A stretch of 64,000 nucleotides of DNA from a virus (IMGVR_UViG_3300014819_000002:1-64000), one strand, 5' to 3'; shown: positions 9,416 through 20,352, numbered from the stretch's first letter. Numbers and translations: made by a program. Notes: generated by a model from the sequence alone, not told the origin.

Positions 9416-11425
9416 TCAACCATTTTTCTTGATGTTAGCTAGGATCTGCCATTTCTCAAACGTTCCGATTACGGGTTCTCCGGAACCATCCGATGTTGCA
9501 GCTCGAGATACGCTCTCATTGAGACGTGCGCTGCCAGCAGTCGTTGGCTTTGATGCCGAACCAACTACAGGAGCAGTTTGCGCTGCTGCTGCTTCATCAA
9601 GCTTTTTAACAATCTTTCCGTAGATATCTTTAGCTTCTGCAATTGTTGTTGCACGATCAAGATGTTCTACGATTTGCTGCTTAACCTTGCGGCTAAGGTC
9701 TTCTCTCACAAGGAACTTGTTTAGATATACAAGCTTGGAGAGGAAAAGGTTTGTTTCTGCCATTTCCTTCTTAAGTGTGGCAGTCTCTGCACGCTTTGCT
9801 TCTGCAAGACGACGTGCCTTAACTTCACGAGTGCGGGCTTCAAGGAGAGCCTTATGAACACGACGAGACTCCATCATGGGCTTCATCGCCATTTCATCCA
9901 TTTCGCCCTCTTCTTCTTCGTCAGTAAGAAGCATTTCTTCTTCTGAAGAACCCATGTCTTCTTCGCCAGACATGTCTAGTTCAACTGCTTCTTCTTCGGC
10001 GCCCATGTCTTCTTCTTCGTCGCCAGAAAACATAACATCTACTTCAAGGTCTTCATCTGCAAGTTGTTCTTCAACTTCGTCTGGAAGTTCAACAGAAAGA
10101 ACCATATCTTCATCCATAGACTCTTCACCCATAGCTGATTCATCTTGTTCTTTTAGTTTAGCTTTTTTATTTGCAGACTCTTTACGAAGTTTGGCGACGG
10201 CTTCACGCAATGCAGCTTCGCTAATTTCAAAATAACCAGAATCTTTAACGCTGGCTGGTACTTCTTCTGGACGTTCTTCGTGTGCATCAAGTTCATCACG
10301 AAGTGCGGCTTCTACCTCTTCCATAAGAGCTTCTTCCCATGCACCTTCTTCTGGCTTATCTGTAATTGCTTCTGCATCTACAGATCCAGCGGCGGCATGG
10401 CGAGCTTCTACTGTCTTGCTACCGCCACTAAATAAATCAGCTTGAACGCCGTCTACTTTTTGTGCATGGTCTGTTGCCTTCTTATGAACTGGAACTCCAG
10501 TTTCTCCAGAAGACTTGCTGTCTTGACCAAGACGTTCTTCATCTGCGCTTTCGAAAAGTTTTGCTGCGAATTCTTTGAGAGTTGTCATAGTTGTGTCCTT
10601 ATCCTTTGTTTTATAACTATTATTCTGATTTGCTTCTTTCAAATGCAAGAACAAAAATTCTAATCTATTTTCGTTCAATTGGGCTTGTCTTGGCGTTATT
10701 GCCTTGTTCGCAGCAAGTTTATCAAGCTGCTCTAATAGTGAAAAAAGCTTTGTTTTATAGGCATCTTGCGTAAGAGCCGAAACGTTTGTATTATACATAC
10801 GATCAATTTTAACTGCCATCTCAGCAATTTGACGCTCGAATTGTTTTAATGATTTCATTTCGGCTAGCGGAGCTGGTGTTGGCAATGGTTCCTCAGTTGC
10901 TTCAGGAGTTGATACAGTTTCTGAAGCTGGAACTGGACCTGCGGCGGGTGATGAAGCAACTGGTGTCATTGTCGGTGCCTCAGAGGGTGTTTCTGGAGAC
11001 ATTGTTGTCGAAACCGGCTCAACTGCTGGAGGAGCTTGAGACACATCTGGGGTTGCAGTTGTTATTTCGGTTGATGAACCAGCAGAAACATCTGTTGGAT
11101 TTATAATATCTTCGCCGGTCTTTGCAAATAAATCATCAAAACTTAATGTTATTTTCCCGCTAGCATCTGGCATAGAGACATTAGCAAGATTAGATTCATC
11201 GGATGGAACAATTGGAGTTTCAGATGGCAAAGTTGTATCTGGCTCTGAACTCATATTCATAGCTAATTCTTCTTGTTCTGTTAATAAGAAGCTAGAAGAT
11301 TCTTTTGCAATCATCTGTTTAATATAAGGAGATATTTTTTCGAGAATAGTATTACGAGCATCTTGCTCGGCTATTTCTCTAATTTTTGCAGCATCAGCTA
11401 ACGCTTCTTTATATAAATCACTCAT
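9416..11425 (-). CDS. Prohead core/scaffold protein
   Basis: Very acidic low-complexity protein just upstream of MCP; C-terminal ETNLFLSKLVYLNK and LDRATTIAEAK; many L-x-E sites. Confidence 0.7.
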   Translation of the reverse strand: MSDLYKEALADAAKIREIAEQDARNTILEKISPYIKQMIAKESSSFLLTEQEELAMNMSSEPDTTLPSETPIVPSDESNLANVSMPDASGKITLSFDDLFAKTGEDIINPTDVSAGSSTEITTATPDVSQAPPAVEPVSTTMSPETPSEAPTMTPVASSPAAGPVPASETVSTPEATEEPLPTPAPLAEMKSLKQFERQIAEMAVKIDRMYNTNVSALTQDAYKTKLFSLLEQLDKLAANKAITPRQAQLNENRLEFLFLHLKEANQNNSYKTKDKDTTMTTLKEFAAKLFESADEERLGQDSKSSGETGVPVHKKATDHAQKVDGVQADLFSGGSKTVEARHAAAGSVDAEAITDKPEEGAWEEALMEEVEAALRDELDAHEERPEEVPASVKDSGYFEISEAALREAVAKLRKESANKKAKLKEQDESAMGEESMDEDMVLSVELPDEVEEQLADEDLEVDVMFSGDEEEDMGAEEEAVELDMSGEEDMGSSEEEMLLTDEEEEGEMDEMAMKPMMESRRVHKALLEARTREVKARRLAEAKRAETATLKKEMAETNLFLSKLVYLNKFLVREDLSRKVKQQIVEHLDRATTIAEAKDIYGKIVKKLDEAAAAQTAPVVGSASKPTTAGSARLNESVSRAATSDGSGEPVIGTFEKWQILANIKKNG

Positions 11426-11446
11426 TGTTTAATCCTTTGATAATGA

Positions 11447-11953
11447 TCATGTTGGTGTTGAAGTACCTCGACGCAAACTCCCTAATGTTTGACGTGAAAT
11501 TACATTTGATGTGTTGTTTGGTGATGCCAATCCATCACCAGAGAATGCTCCACCAGAGCCTCGTGCACGTTCGGTTGCTTCGACGCCAGATTCAGGAATG
11601 TCTGCTGGATTTTGTCCAGTTGGAGGTGATGCTATATTTGGAGCATATGGTGAACCGGGTTTTCCTCCACCACCAACTTCCACATCTTCAAGATTTGGCG
11701 CAGCTCTATAATCCAAATCAACCGTACCAAAAGTATGACCACCATCATCACCAGCAATTTTACCAGCAACAGGCTCTCCGACGTTAACAACATTGTTAAA
11801 TTGTTCTATTACAGTTGAATCCGTTAATTCACCAGAATATACAGGAGAACCCGGAAATGCATTTTGTAATACTATGATATCTGAACGACCAGGACCGCCT
11901 GTCATTCTGTCGGCGGGTGGTTGAACCATTATTTGTCTTCTTGCTGATGGCAT
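11447..11953 (-). CDS. Hypothetical head-module protein
   Basis: Gly/Pro-rich ORF with AAGGA SD inside head cluster. Confidence 0.55.
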   Translation of the reverse strand: MPSARRQIMVQPPADRMTGGPGRSDIIVLQNAFPGSPVYSGELTDSTVIEQFNNVVNVGEPVAGKIAGDDGGHTFGTVDLDYRAAPNLEDVEVGGGGKPGSPYAPNIASPPTGQNPADIPESGVEATERARGSGGAFSGDGLASPNNTSNVISRQTLGSLRRGTSTPT

Positions 11954-12013
11954 AAACTAATTCCTTATCTGCATCATTAAATATGATGCAAATATAACTA
12001 GTTACTTTCAGAT

Positions 12014-12583
12014 TTATTTATTTATTTTTCCAAAAGCTAATTTAGCCCAATGACTCACATCTCCAGATGGAGCTATTGCTTCTAAATCTTGTGGAGCAAC
12101 CTTTTCTTGTGCTCCTTGCATACCAGCAGCGGCAAATGCACTATAACCACCATTTCTTGATGGATCTTGTGCCATTTGTTGTGGAAGAGTATTAATAGCT
12201 GTGTCTGCCAATATTGCCGCATATGCATTTGCCATCTTATTGTCACCTTTACTCATTTGAGTAGATGTAGCTTCAATAAGCTTTTTAAGTTCATGATTTA
12301 CATTTGGAGCAGCTTGACTACCATATGATGTTGAATCGCCTTCTGGCATGAAATCATCATATCCGGCCATACGTGCAGCAGCAGCACGTGCACGAGCTAC
12401 ATCAACAGGATTTTTATTAGATTTACTTACCATATCAGAAGCTGCAACTCTAATACTTGTTTTAGGACCAGCCCCAGCGTTTTCTAAAACAACGTTAGCA
12501 ACTTCGTTAAATGCACCTTCTTTAATTAACTCACGAATGCATTCTTTTATCAAACCCTTAAAATCTGTTTTTGTCATTTTCAT
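12014..12583 (-). CDS. Hypothetical head-module protein
   Basis: N-terminal LIKECIRELIKE motif; follows prohead protease. Confidence 0.55.
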   Translation of the reverse strand: MKMTKTDFKGLIKECIRELIKEGAFNEVANVVLENAGAGPKTSIRVAASDMVSKSNKNPVDVARARAAAARMAGYDDFMPEGDSTSYGSQAAPNVNHELKKLIEATSTQMSKGDNKMANAYAAILADTAINTLPQQMAQDPSRNGGYSAFAAAGMQGAQEKVAPQDLEAIAPSGDVSHWAKLAFGKINK

Positions 12584-12586
12584 ATG

Positions 12587-13189
12587 TCATTTTTCTTTTT
12601 TAGAGTATAAAATATCATTCAAAATACGCCCAATTCTATCGTTTTTAGAAAATATTTTGTTTAGAATTCTTGGATCAACGTCTTTAGCTTCTTTCATGAG
12701 ATAGGCATTGGGTGTGGAGGGCTCAGAGACTAGATCCCAGCAAATAAGGTGGAGATCATCTTGAACGATATCTGCGTCTCCTCGGCTTCTTACAGAACCA
12801 AGAGCACGAGATGAGATACCAATCTTGACATTGCTTTCAATAAGATTACGAGCAATATTACCCATTGGAGTTGGAAGGATTTCGATCTTTCCATAAACAA
12901 CTTCATCATCTGCCCAGATATCTGTAATAAGATGGGAAACATTTTTAAGATTAACAACAGGATCATCTGCGTGATCAAGCTCTCCCATTGCCCGACGTTC
13001 TTGAACAACTTTACGATAGCTTTCTACTTCTTTGAAAAGAATATCACGTGGATATATACGACCATTTTGATTTAACGTATCAGCACGTTGAATTATTCCC
13101 TTCACAAATAATTTAGAAGGGCGACCTTCACCAACTTCTTCTTTGATTATTTCGTAATTAAATTCTTTATATTCTTTCAAGAATTTCAT
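12587..13189 (-). CDS. Prohead core protease, T4 gp21-like
   Basis: NQNGRIYP, AMGELDH, GISSRALGS, WDLVSEPSTPNAY. Confidence 0.95.
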   Translation of the reverse strand: MKFLKEYKEFNYEIIKEEVGEGRPSKLFVKGIIQRADTLNQNGRIYPRDILFKEVESYRKVVQERRAMGELDHADDPVVNLKNVSHLITDIWADDEVVYGKIEILPTPMGNIARNLIESNVKIGISSRALGSVRSRGDADIVQDDLHLICWDLVSEPSTPNAYLMKEAKDVDPRILNKIFSKNDRIGRILNDILYSKKEK

Positions 13190-14049
13190 ACTCTATTTTC
13201 CATTTCTTCTTTAAGTTTTGCAATTGACATATAAAATGTAACTGTCTCATCATTAATTTTGTTTAAATCGCTGTTTTCAAGTAAAGTTATAACTTTATCT
13301 AGATTATTTGAATTATTTTTATCAAGTGCTTCTAGAATAACTTTAGATTTCATCAATTTTAATGTTTCAGTTTTCAACTTTTCAAGTAAGTTAACTAACC
13401 GAAGTTGATTATCTTGATTGTTATGTTCTAACATATAAAGATTAACGATTTGCTTCTGAGCTTCATTTAAAAGTCCATTATATTTTGCATTAAACTTTTC
13501 TGTCATTAGTTTAATCACAAGATTATCGACTTCTGTTGTAGTAATCTGAGATGCATCAAATAGTAATTGAGACTTAGGTGTCAATACATGTTCAAGTATC
13601 ATTTCTTCTAATTGAACCATTTCCGATAGAGTTCCTTTAAATCCGATGCCTCTCCACGCATTCATTAATACTTGAATAGATGCATAAGATTTATACTCTG
13701 GAATTGTGCGTTCAAAAAACTTTTTATCTCCTAATACGAGCCCTATTTCACTGATTAAATTATTTTTTTCTTCATCTAATTGTTTTTGAGATTGATTTTT
13801 GCAAATTATCTTTGCACGTTCCAATAATGAAAAAGCTAGTTCTCTAGACTTTAAATTGCTCTCGTATAATGCATTAAATGTATGAAGTTCTTCATATATT
13901 GCAGACTTTGGATGTACATGTTTTTCCCAAAGTTTTCGGGCACGAAGGACATCTTCATTCCGGCCATCAATAAATGCTTCAGCAATATAACGTGAAAAAA
14001 ATTCACTTATTAAACCAATGTTACGTTTTTTGTTGTGTTTATAATCCAT
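13186..14049 (-). CDS. Hypothetical protein between portal and protease
   Basis: KHNKKRNIGLISE start, KFNAKY..L...QK; 4-nt overlap with protease gene. Confidence 0.6.
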   Translation of the reverse strand: MDYKHNKKRNIGLISEFFSRYIAEAFIDGRNEDVLRARKLWEKHVHPKSAIYEELHTFNALYESNLKSRELAFSLLERAKIICKNQSQKQLDEEKNNLISEIGLVLGDKKFFERTIPEYKSYASIQVLMNAWRGIGFKGTLSEMVQLEEMILEHVLTPKSQLLFDASQITTTEVDNLVIKLMTEKFNAKYNGLLNEAQKQIVNLYMLEHNNQDNQLRLVNLLEKLKTETLKLMKSKVILEALDKNNSNNLDKVITLLENSDLNKINDETVTFYMSIAKLKEEMENRV

Positions 14050-14120
14050 CTCAAATTACCCATTCTCTTTTATAGGTCAATTCCTGATATAAATAGGATT
14101 AGTCCGGATAAAAAAACTTT

Positions 14121-17100
14121 TCATTCCAGAATACTAAGGTCGAAATCGTTATTTTGATTTTCTTCTTCTTGTTCTTCTTTTAAGATATCTTTGTTTTCAG
14201 ACTGATTGTAGGAATTAATAACGATTTCATCATCGACTGTTTCCATTTCAAATATATTTTCTTCACTCAAGTTACTTAAGTTAACATCGGCTTCGGTCAA
14301 AATTTTCTTGTTTCTACGACCACCATTTTTTTCAAAATATATGTCAAGTTTATTCATTAGATTTTTGATATCTCTAGATATAACTGGCGGTGGCTTATAA
14401 TCCAAATCAATATCTTCTGATATAGTCGTAAACTGCGATTTCAAGTTTAATGTTTCTTTATCATTGATATCTGTTAAATTCTTATTTGTTCCAGATAACA
14501 TGTCTTTAAAATCTGGCATGGCCAAATTATTGCGTCCACCCATACCAACTCTTCTACGTTTGTTGTGTTGAGCGGCGGAAAGAAATGGTGTTGCCTTAAT
14601 TGGCAATCCAGATGATTCTGCATCCGGTGAAGCAGAAGGTTGCCCAGCTATTGATACGCCACTGGTAGCAACCGCCTGCATATCATTTGAAATATTTTTG
14701 GGTTGAATTGGAGTATTTGCATTTCCACCAACAGGTTCACCTAATGGCGGATTCTTTTTTACATCAGCACCAGCCATTACATAATTGCTTGGATCAAATG
14801 GCCCGGTTGTTGTATTTTTTTCTGGTAAATTTTCTTTTATAGCAATTGCCTCAATTTCAACTTCACGAATTTTATCTCTACGAATACCAGCTTCAATCTT
14901 AATAATGTCATCATCCGTAAGATCGAGAAGCTTCTTTTGAATCCAATCTTGATCAACCAGTTTTGTTTCTTTGGCTTTGCCAGCAATATCAAACTTAGTA
15001 TTCATTGCCTCTAATTTTTGCTGCATTGCTACAGTTGATGGATTACTTAATTTTAATTCAAACGCTATTAGATCCTCTCCATCAAATCCTTTTGAATAGA
15101 GATGAATCATAGCCATTTTATTTAATTCGCTCAAGATAACTCTCTGGAGAACCGAAATTGTTCTTGAGAAACGAACGTCCTGTTGGGCAAGAGAAGCCTT
15201 GGCAGAATTGTGTACAACCACGCCTGCGGAAAGTAAGAAATTGGACCATTTTTCAACTGTAATATCATACACCGGAATTGGTGTGACGGTCTTTATCATT
15301 TCAACGGCAATAACTTTATGGTTATATTTGTTTAAGTTTAGAGTGAACCACTCATTAGGAATGATTCCTTTTTTTCTGCAATGCCTCTCAAAAGTTTCTC
15401 TTGAAATATTGGACTTAATATAGAATTCAGTCCTTGTTTTAGAAGTTGCTGCAATGTTCGCCAGTTCTTCTAAATCAACAAATATACGATATCTTTTAAG
15501 TGGTGGAAGTTTGATAACAGATTGATCAATGGTTTGTTGAATAAAACTTTGCAGATTCTTATACCCAGCTTGCTTAACAACATCTTTAAGACCACGCATC
15601 GAACAACTTAGTTGTTTACATATCGCAACAGGCATATACGTGCCAGCAAATATAATTTGCTGAACTGCTTTTATGTCAGGATTTTTTTTATAGTTCGGAG
15701 CCTCCTGACCAGACATAAATCCAATAGAACGAAGGTCGCTAAGTCTTTTGTGCATCTTCTCAACTTTGTGCAATCTTCGATTTGTTTCCGCAATTGCCTG
15801 TTTCCGGAAAACAGAATTAGCAGATTTCCAAGAAGCTAAAACGCCATCCATATGATTTTTTCGCAACGTAGAATCAGGGTTACGCCACATTCCAGCAATC
15901 TTTTCTCGGTTTTCTATTGTCAAAAGGTTTTTCTTTGCTAGAGCACCGTGAAGTTGACCATGCGCCTTGAAACCCATACGAATAAGATTATCAGGCATAT
16001 TATTTCGTTTATTAAAATCTGCATGATGCACTACAGTCTTTCCCTCCTCTAAGAAAGATTTATCGCATTTTGATTGCTCCCCTAGTGCATCAACAACTAC
16101 TTGATGTGTATATCTCCACTTATTAGCCTGGTTATCATATAACATCTCATATCCATCTAGCTTGTCTCCAGAAGTTTTCGAGGAGAGTTTACGATATACT
16201 GGCATAAGTGACATATCCGGCTTGAGACTATCCGCTCTTACATATTCGCCATTTCTTAACAAGAAAGGATGATTTCCTGTACATTCAATTACTTCACCGT
16301 TATCTATAGTGACTTTATAATACTCATTAACTTCTTTAGTCTTCCAAGCGTTGATAATTTTACCTGGAACTACTGCACCAGAATTTGTATCAATTGAGTA
16401 CGTCCACATCTCTTTCTTTTCAGAAAAAGATTTAACTATCTCCTCAATGGTTGATTCAGTGCCGTCCAACATAGAAATTTTTGTTGTACCAACAAGACAA
16501 AGATTTTCGTCAAAATTGAGATAAGGCTTTGGAACTTGAATAGCTGCAAATAGCTTCTGTTGAAGATATTTTATGTCGTCAACTGCTGTAGCGTTTTGAC
16601 CACCAGCAAGAGTTTCAATCTTTGTTCCAGTTTGACCACCACGAACCGGAATGAAATAGTCTTCGTCAATGCTTAATGGATTATACCTTTGATCCATTCT
16701 ACCATTTGTTCTGTCAACAACGTCTCTTGAGCGCATAGTTTGCTTAACAGCTTCCATATATGACGGAACATCATTCGGCGCTACGTTACCAACATCAATA
16801 TAGAAAACACGACGTTCGGGTGAGCGAACAACACGGTAAACTAACATGCTGTCTTCCATCATCATTAACTGGCGCCAAATTCTTCTGGCAGGCTCGAGGA
16901 GAGAGTTGTGTGTTACAATTCCGTTTGCATAGAAGTTATGATTACTGTCCTGAACATATATGTCATATGTCTCATGTGAGCCAACAGATTCAATAGCTAC
17001 TATTGGTTCGGTAATATAATAATCACTCTTCTTTGAAGGCGAGCTCCATTTCTTGATTTGCTTATTTTGGGATTCAAACCAATAGAACATGTAAGAAGGA

Positions 17101-18662
17101 CTAATTTGCTTAAATTCTCTTAAAATTCCGTTTTCAACAATTCTACCTTTTACATTTCTTGACTTTCTTTTGGTTATCTTACCGGTCTTATATCCAAGCG
17201 TCTGCGCCAAGGTTTTAAGATCCTTAATCAATTCATAGTTTGACAATTCAAAGCAATGGCGCTCACATTTCCACTTGTCAACATAAGAACTACCATCTGC
17301 ATCATGCATACCCTGCAAGAATGCCTTACGACACTCGGCAGATGTTGCATAAACCCAGGATGGAATTCTTTTTGTTGTAGCTTTCCCTGCGAATCCCATT
17401 CTTTGAAGAATTATTGTTAACATCTTAGAGGAAGCAACCGTCTGAGATCCTTGATTAATCGAAGTATTTGGTTTCTTACCGGTAAACTTCTCAAGAAGAG
17501 ACGCATAAAAAATATTTTGCTTATCGTCCACTCCATTTGCAAAACATACTTGATTTCCAGAAATCCATCCATCACCAAGTAAAAAGCCAAATAGACGAGC
17601 AAATTCCGGAGTAACATTCTCTGGTATATATCTGGAACTATTCCAGTATCCATTTTTGTTCTTTTCATTAGGTCTAGACCTGTCGATAGAAACGTTTGTT
17701 TCCTTTGCGCTGTGAGTTGTGTTGATTATCAACATATCTCCAACTCTTAAATCTCCGGCGCTCTTATAATCAAAAGAATCCTTTGAGGCATCCCAAATCA
17801 AAATTTGATGTTCCTTAGATGTTCTTAAGAAGTTATGTTTTGTTCTTATTTCAAAACATGGTTTAAATCCAGAATTCTTTACACCAAGAACCGGTGATAC
17901 GACTTTTTGCTGTGATTGTAAATCAAAAGAAACAACTCTATCGCCAACCTTAATGTGCTGAATTTCCTTCAGACCATCTTCAGTTAGAATTTTAGTTGTT
18001 TTTTCATGACATGTCCCGTATGGCAAGAATAAATCATTACCAAGAACACGCATATGTGTTATTTGCCAGTTCTCAAGGTATCTATTTCCTCTTGTAAGCC
18101 ACTTATAACGAACAGCATATGGATCGTATTGATCAAAACCTTCTTCTCGTTCTAACTCATTTACAGGAATTGGTTGGACGTTAACAATACCGATATCTGG
18201 AATAACTTCATTATAGAGGAAGAAATCTCCATATTTGACTAAATTGCGTATCCATGGACGAAGATTAAAGTCTATATTGAGGATATCATAGAAGAGTTCT
18301 TCAAGAGCTTTTTTTACTTCCGGATTTTTAGAAAATAAGTGAAAAGCTTTACCCTTTTCATCACCGGCTGCTGTTTCATCAGCGAATATATTTAAAGCAG
18401 CAGCAATTTCTGGCTGATATTCCATTTCTGCGAATTCAGAATAACGAGCCATACGGTCAAGAATGCCATAGGCTCCGAGAACAGAGAAAGGGGAACTTTC
18501 ACGACCAAACGGAAATGGACCACGATAACCTAAGTTACCACGGACTAATTGATTATCGTAATAGCTTTTATAATCATATCCTTTAACACGACGTTGGATT
18601 GCGGGTCCAGACCGGAACAATTTGGTTAGTCTGGAAAAAAATGGATCATTTCGATTGGCCAA
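14121..18662 (-). CDS. Portal vertex protein, T4 gp20-like, with two inteins (about 713 aa after splicing)
   Basis: QLMMMEDSMLVYRVVRSPERRVFYIDVGN, EDYFIPVRGG, IETLAGG, QQDVRFSRTI; TTG start with GAGG SD. Confidence 0.95.
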   Translation of the reverse strand: MANRNDPFFSRLTKLFRSGPAIQRRVKGYDYKSYYDNQLVRGNLGYRGPFPFGRESSPFSVLGAYGILDRMARYSEFAEMEYQPEIAAALNIFADETAAGDEKGKAFHLFSKNPEVKKALEELFYDILNIDFNLRPWIRNLVKYGDFFLYNEVIPDIGIVNVQPIPVNELEREEGFDQYDPYAVRYKWLTRGNRYLENWQITHMRVLGNDLFLPYGTCHEKTTKILTEDGLKEIQHIKVGDRVVSFDLQSQQKVVSPVLGVKNSGFKPCFEIRTKHNFLRTSKEHQILIWDASKDSFDYKSAGDLRVGDMLIINTTHSAKETNVSIDRSRPNEKNKNGYWNSSRYIPENVTPEFARLFGFLLGDGWISGNQVCFANGVDDKQNIFYASLLEKFTGKKPNTSINQGSQTVASSKMLTIILQRMGFAGKATTKRIPSWVYATSAECRKAFLQGMHDADGSSYVDKWKCERHCFELSNYELIKDLKTLAQTLGYKTGKITKRKSRNVKGRIVENGILREFKQISPSYMFYWFESQNKQIKKWSSPSKKSDYYITEPIVAIESVGSHETYDIYVQDSNHNFYANGIVTHNSLLEPARRIWRQLMMMEDSMLVYRVVRSPERRVFYIDVGNVAPNDVPSYMEAVKQTMRSRDVVDRTNGRMDQRYNPLSIDEDYFIPVRGGQTGTKIETLAGGQNATAVDDIKYLQQKLFAAIQVPKPYLNFDENLCLVGTTKISMLDGTESTIEEIVKSFSEKKEMWTYSIDTNSGAVVPGKIINAWKTKEVNEYYKVTIDNGEVIECTGNHPFLLRNGEYVRADSLKPDMSLMPVYRKLSSKTSGDKLDGYEMLYDNQANKWRYTHQVVVDALGEQSKCDKSFLEEGKTVVHHADFNKRNNMPDNLIRMGFKAHGQLHGALAKKNLLTIENREKIAGMWRNPDSTLRKNHMDGVLASWKSANSVFRKQAIAETNRRLHKVEKMHKRLSDLRSIGFMSGQEAPNYKKNPDIKAVQQIIFAGTYMPVAICKQLSCSMRGLKDVVKQAGYKNLQSFIQQTIDQSVIKLPPLKRYRIFVDLEELANIAATSKTRTEFYIKSNISRETFERHCRKKGIIPNEWFTLNLNKYNHKVIAVEMIKTVTPIPVYDITVEKWSNFLLSAGVVVHNSAKASLAQQDVRFSRTISVLQRVILSELNKMAMIHLYSKGFDGEDLIAFELKLSNPSTVAMQQKLEAMNTKFDIAGKAKETKLVDQDWIQKKLLDLTDDDIIKIEAGIRRDKIREVEIEAIAIKENLPEKNTTTGPFDPSNYVMAGADVKKNPPLGEPVGGNANTPIQPKNISNDMQAVATSGVSIAGQPSASPDAESSGLPIKATPFLSAAQHNKRRRVGMGGRNNLAMPDFKDMLSGTNKNLTDINDKETLNLKSQFTTISEDIDLDYKPPPVISRDIKNLMNKLDIYFEKNGGRRNKKILTEADVNLSNLSEENIFEMETVDDEIVINSYNQSENKDILKEEQEEENQNNDFDLSILE
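15207..16499 (-). mobile_element. Portal intein 2 (431 aa) with HNH-type endonuclease
   Basis: ENL|CLVGTTKI...VYDITVEKWSNFLLSAGVVVHN|SAK; internal VVHHADFNKRNNMPDNL. Confidence 0.9.
16905..18011 (-). mobile_element. Portal intein 1 (369 aa) with LAGLIDADG endonuclease
   Basis: PYGT|CHEKTTKI...TYDIYVQDSNHNFYANGIVTHN|SLLE; internal LFGFLLGDG and FLQGMHDADG. Confidence 0.92.
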
Positions 18663-18695
18663 TGTAAATTACCTCTTCGTGATTGTAATTATTGA

Positions 18696-19727
18696 GTGAA
18701 AATGAGTGGAGTGTCCAAAGTGAATAAAAAGTCAAATTTAGAAAATCTTCTAAACGAATTATTTGAAATAGAAAATAAAAATATTTCAGATTCAGATAGT
18801 CCGGATAATTCTTCAAATAAAAATTCTGAGCAGCCAAGAGAAGAATCAATAACTCCTCACGATCAAAAAATAATTGATTCATTGAAGGATGAAATTGAAA
18901 AGACAATTAATGCATCTGTCGAAGTAGAGCAAGATTCAAGTCAAATTAGCGAAAGTAGCAATATTGGCGGATTCGATTATGAAAATAAAGTTTTAAAAGC
19001 AATTAGATTAGCTGGGCTGACAGGTAATATAACAACTGGAGCTGGAGCAAGTGCTGCGGCAGCAGATGCAGATATTAAGATCAATGATGAAGTTTTCAAT
19101 ATTGAAGTAAAATTAGATAACAATGCACAAATGGGCGGTTCAAGCGTTCGTTTTGGTTCAAAAGGTATAAAGTTAGTTAAAAGTATGGAACCTGAAACAG
19201 AAGATTTGCTAGTGGCGGCAATTGCATCAAAAGCTTCCGAATTGAACAAACTAATATCATTTATTTCTAAAAAAAGACCAAAAGCAATTAATTCCAAAGT
19301 TTCTGGTTTTCCAATGTCTTGCACAAAAGATGCATGGGAAGAAGCAGCGTATAAAAAGTTACTTGTGAATGTAAAAATCAAAAATACGGTAGATTTTATT
19401 TCAAAACACTACGCTAAAAAAGGCATATTTTATATACAAATCGGCGGCGCAGGACTTTTCTATTTAGCTGGGAATCCAGCAAATCTCCCAATTCCACAAT
19501 TGCAAGGAAATATCGATATCGAAATTAGATCCGCAAGATCAGGTGCAAAGATGTTGGCATCAGGTGTAGAAGTTGTTGGTGGTGGAATTAGAGTTCAAGC
19601 TCGCCTTAAAACAAAAGGACAATCACCTTTTACGGCAGATGACCCAGGAAGCCTTAAGCGAATGTTGGATGTAATGCTCATGAGAAACGCAAACGTGTCA
19701 ATCCAAAATAAAAAAACAAAACTCTGA
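18696..19727 (+). CDS. Hypothetical protein, possible PD-(D/E)XK nuclease fold
   Basis: YENKV...ADADIKINDEVFNIEVK resembles E...D-x(n)-EVK; acidic N-terminal extension. Confidence 0.4.
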   Translation: MKMSGVSKVNKKSNLENLLNELFEIENKNISDSDSPDNSSNKNSEQPREESITPHDQKIIDSLKDEIEKTINASVEVEQDSSQISESSNIGGFDYENKVLKAIRLAGLTGNITTGAGASAAAADADIKINDEVFNIEVKLDNNAQMGGSSVRFGSKGIKLVKSMEPETEDLLVAAIASKASELNKLISFISKKRPKAINSKVSGFPMSCTKDAWEEAAYKKLLVNVKIKNTVDFISKHYAKKGIFYIQIGGAGLFYLAGNPANLPIPQLQGNIDIEIRSARSGAKMLASGVEVVGGGIRVQARLKTKGQSPFTADDPGSLKRMLDVMLMRNANVSIQNKKTKL

Positions 19728-19729
19728 AA

Positions 19730-20302
19730 TCAAGCTTTTAACATATTATATATAACTGGACCATAAAGTCTAACTGGTTCTGGTAATCCTGCTATAAAAG
19801 CTTTCATATTAGCTTTTGTGCCTTTAGCTAATGCCTTACGCATAACAGTTCCGGAAATACCACCCGTCTCCCCACGATCAATCATTTTAAGTTCAAATTG
19901 ATCATTCTCTACAAGACGAGGCCAATATTTCATTTGTTTTTCTTTACTATAGTTTTTAACAGCATCTTCTGGATCTGAATAGACATAATAACTGTTATAA
20001 TTGTTTGCGTCGGCGTTAGCATCAATAAGGATATCCATAATAGAACGAATAGGTGTTTTGGTATATATGACATCTATATTTCCAAGCTTTGTAATAGCTG
20101 GTACCAAATATTCATTCCATATAGGTTCCATCTGTGCCCAAGTAAGAGGCAGTTCACCTTCACGTTTGCGATCACCCATAGAAACAAAAAGTTTAACTTG
20201 ATCACATTCACTTGAAGCTTTTTTAACTAAATTATAATGACCTGCCGTGAAAGGCTTAAAGCCTCCAGCAATAAGTCCAATTGTTTTACGAGCACTTTCC
20301 AT
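19730..20302 (-). CDS. Cytidyltransferase-like nucleotidyltransferase
   Basis: AGGFKPFTAGHY (HxGH variant) and ISGTVMRKAL. Confidence 0.75.
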   Translation of the reverse strand: MESARKTIGLIAGGFKPFTAGHYNLVKKASSECDQVKLFVSMGDRKREGELPLTWAQMEPIWNEYLVPAITKLGNIDVIYTKTPIRSIMDILIDANADANNYNSYYVYSDPEDAVKNYSKEKQMKYWPRLVENDQFELKMIDRGETGGISGTVMRKALAKGTKANMKAFIAGLPEPVRLYGPVIYNMLKA

Positions 20303-20352
20303 GTATAGCCTCTTCTAATTGGTAGGGTTCCACAACTAATTATAGGATAAAG

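Noticed and set aside
9880-10130. Repetitive TCTTCTTC tracts
   Set aside because: Explained by Glu/Asp-rich scaffold codons, not a DNA repeat array
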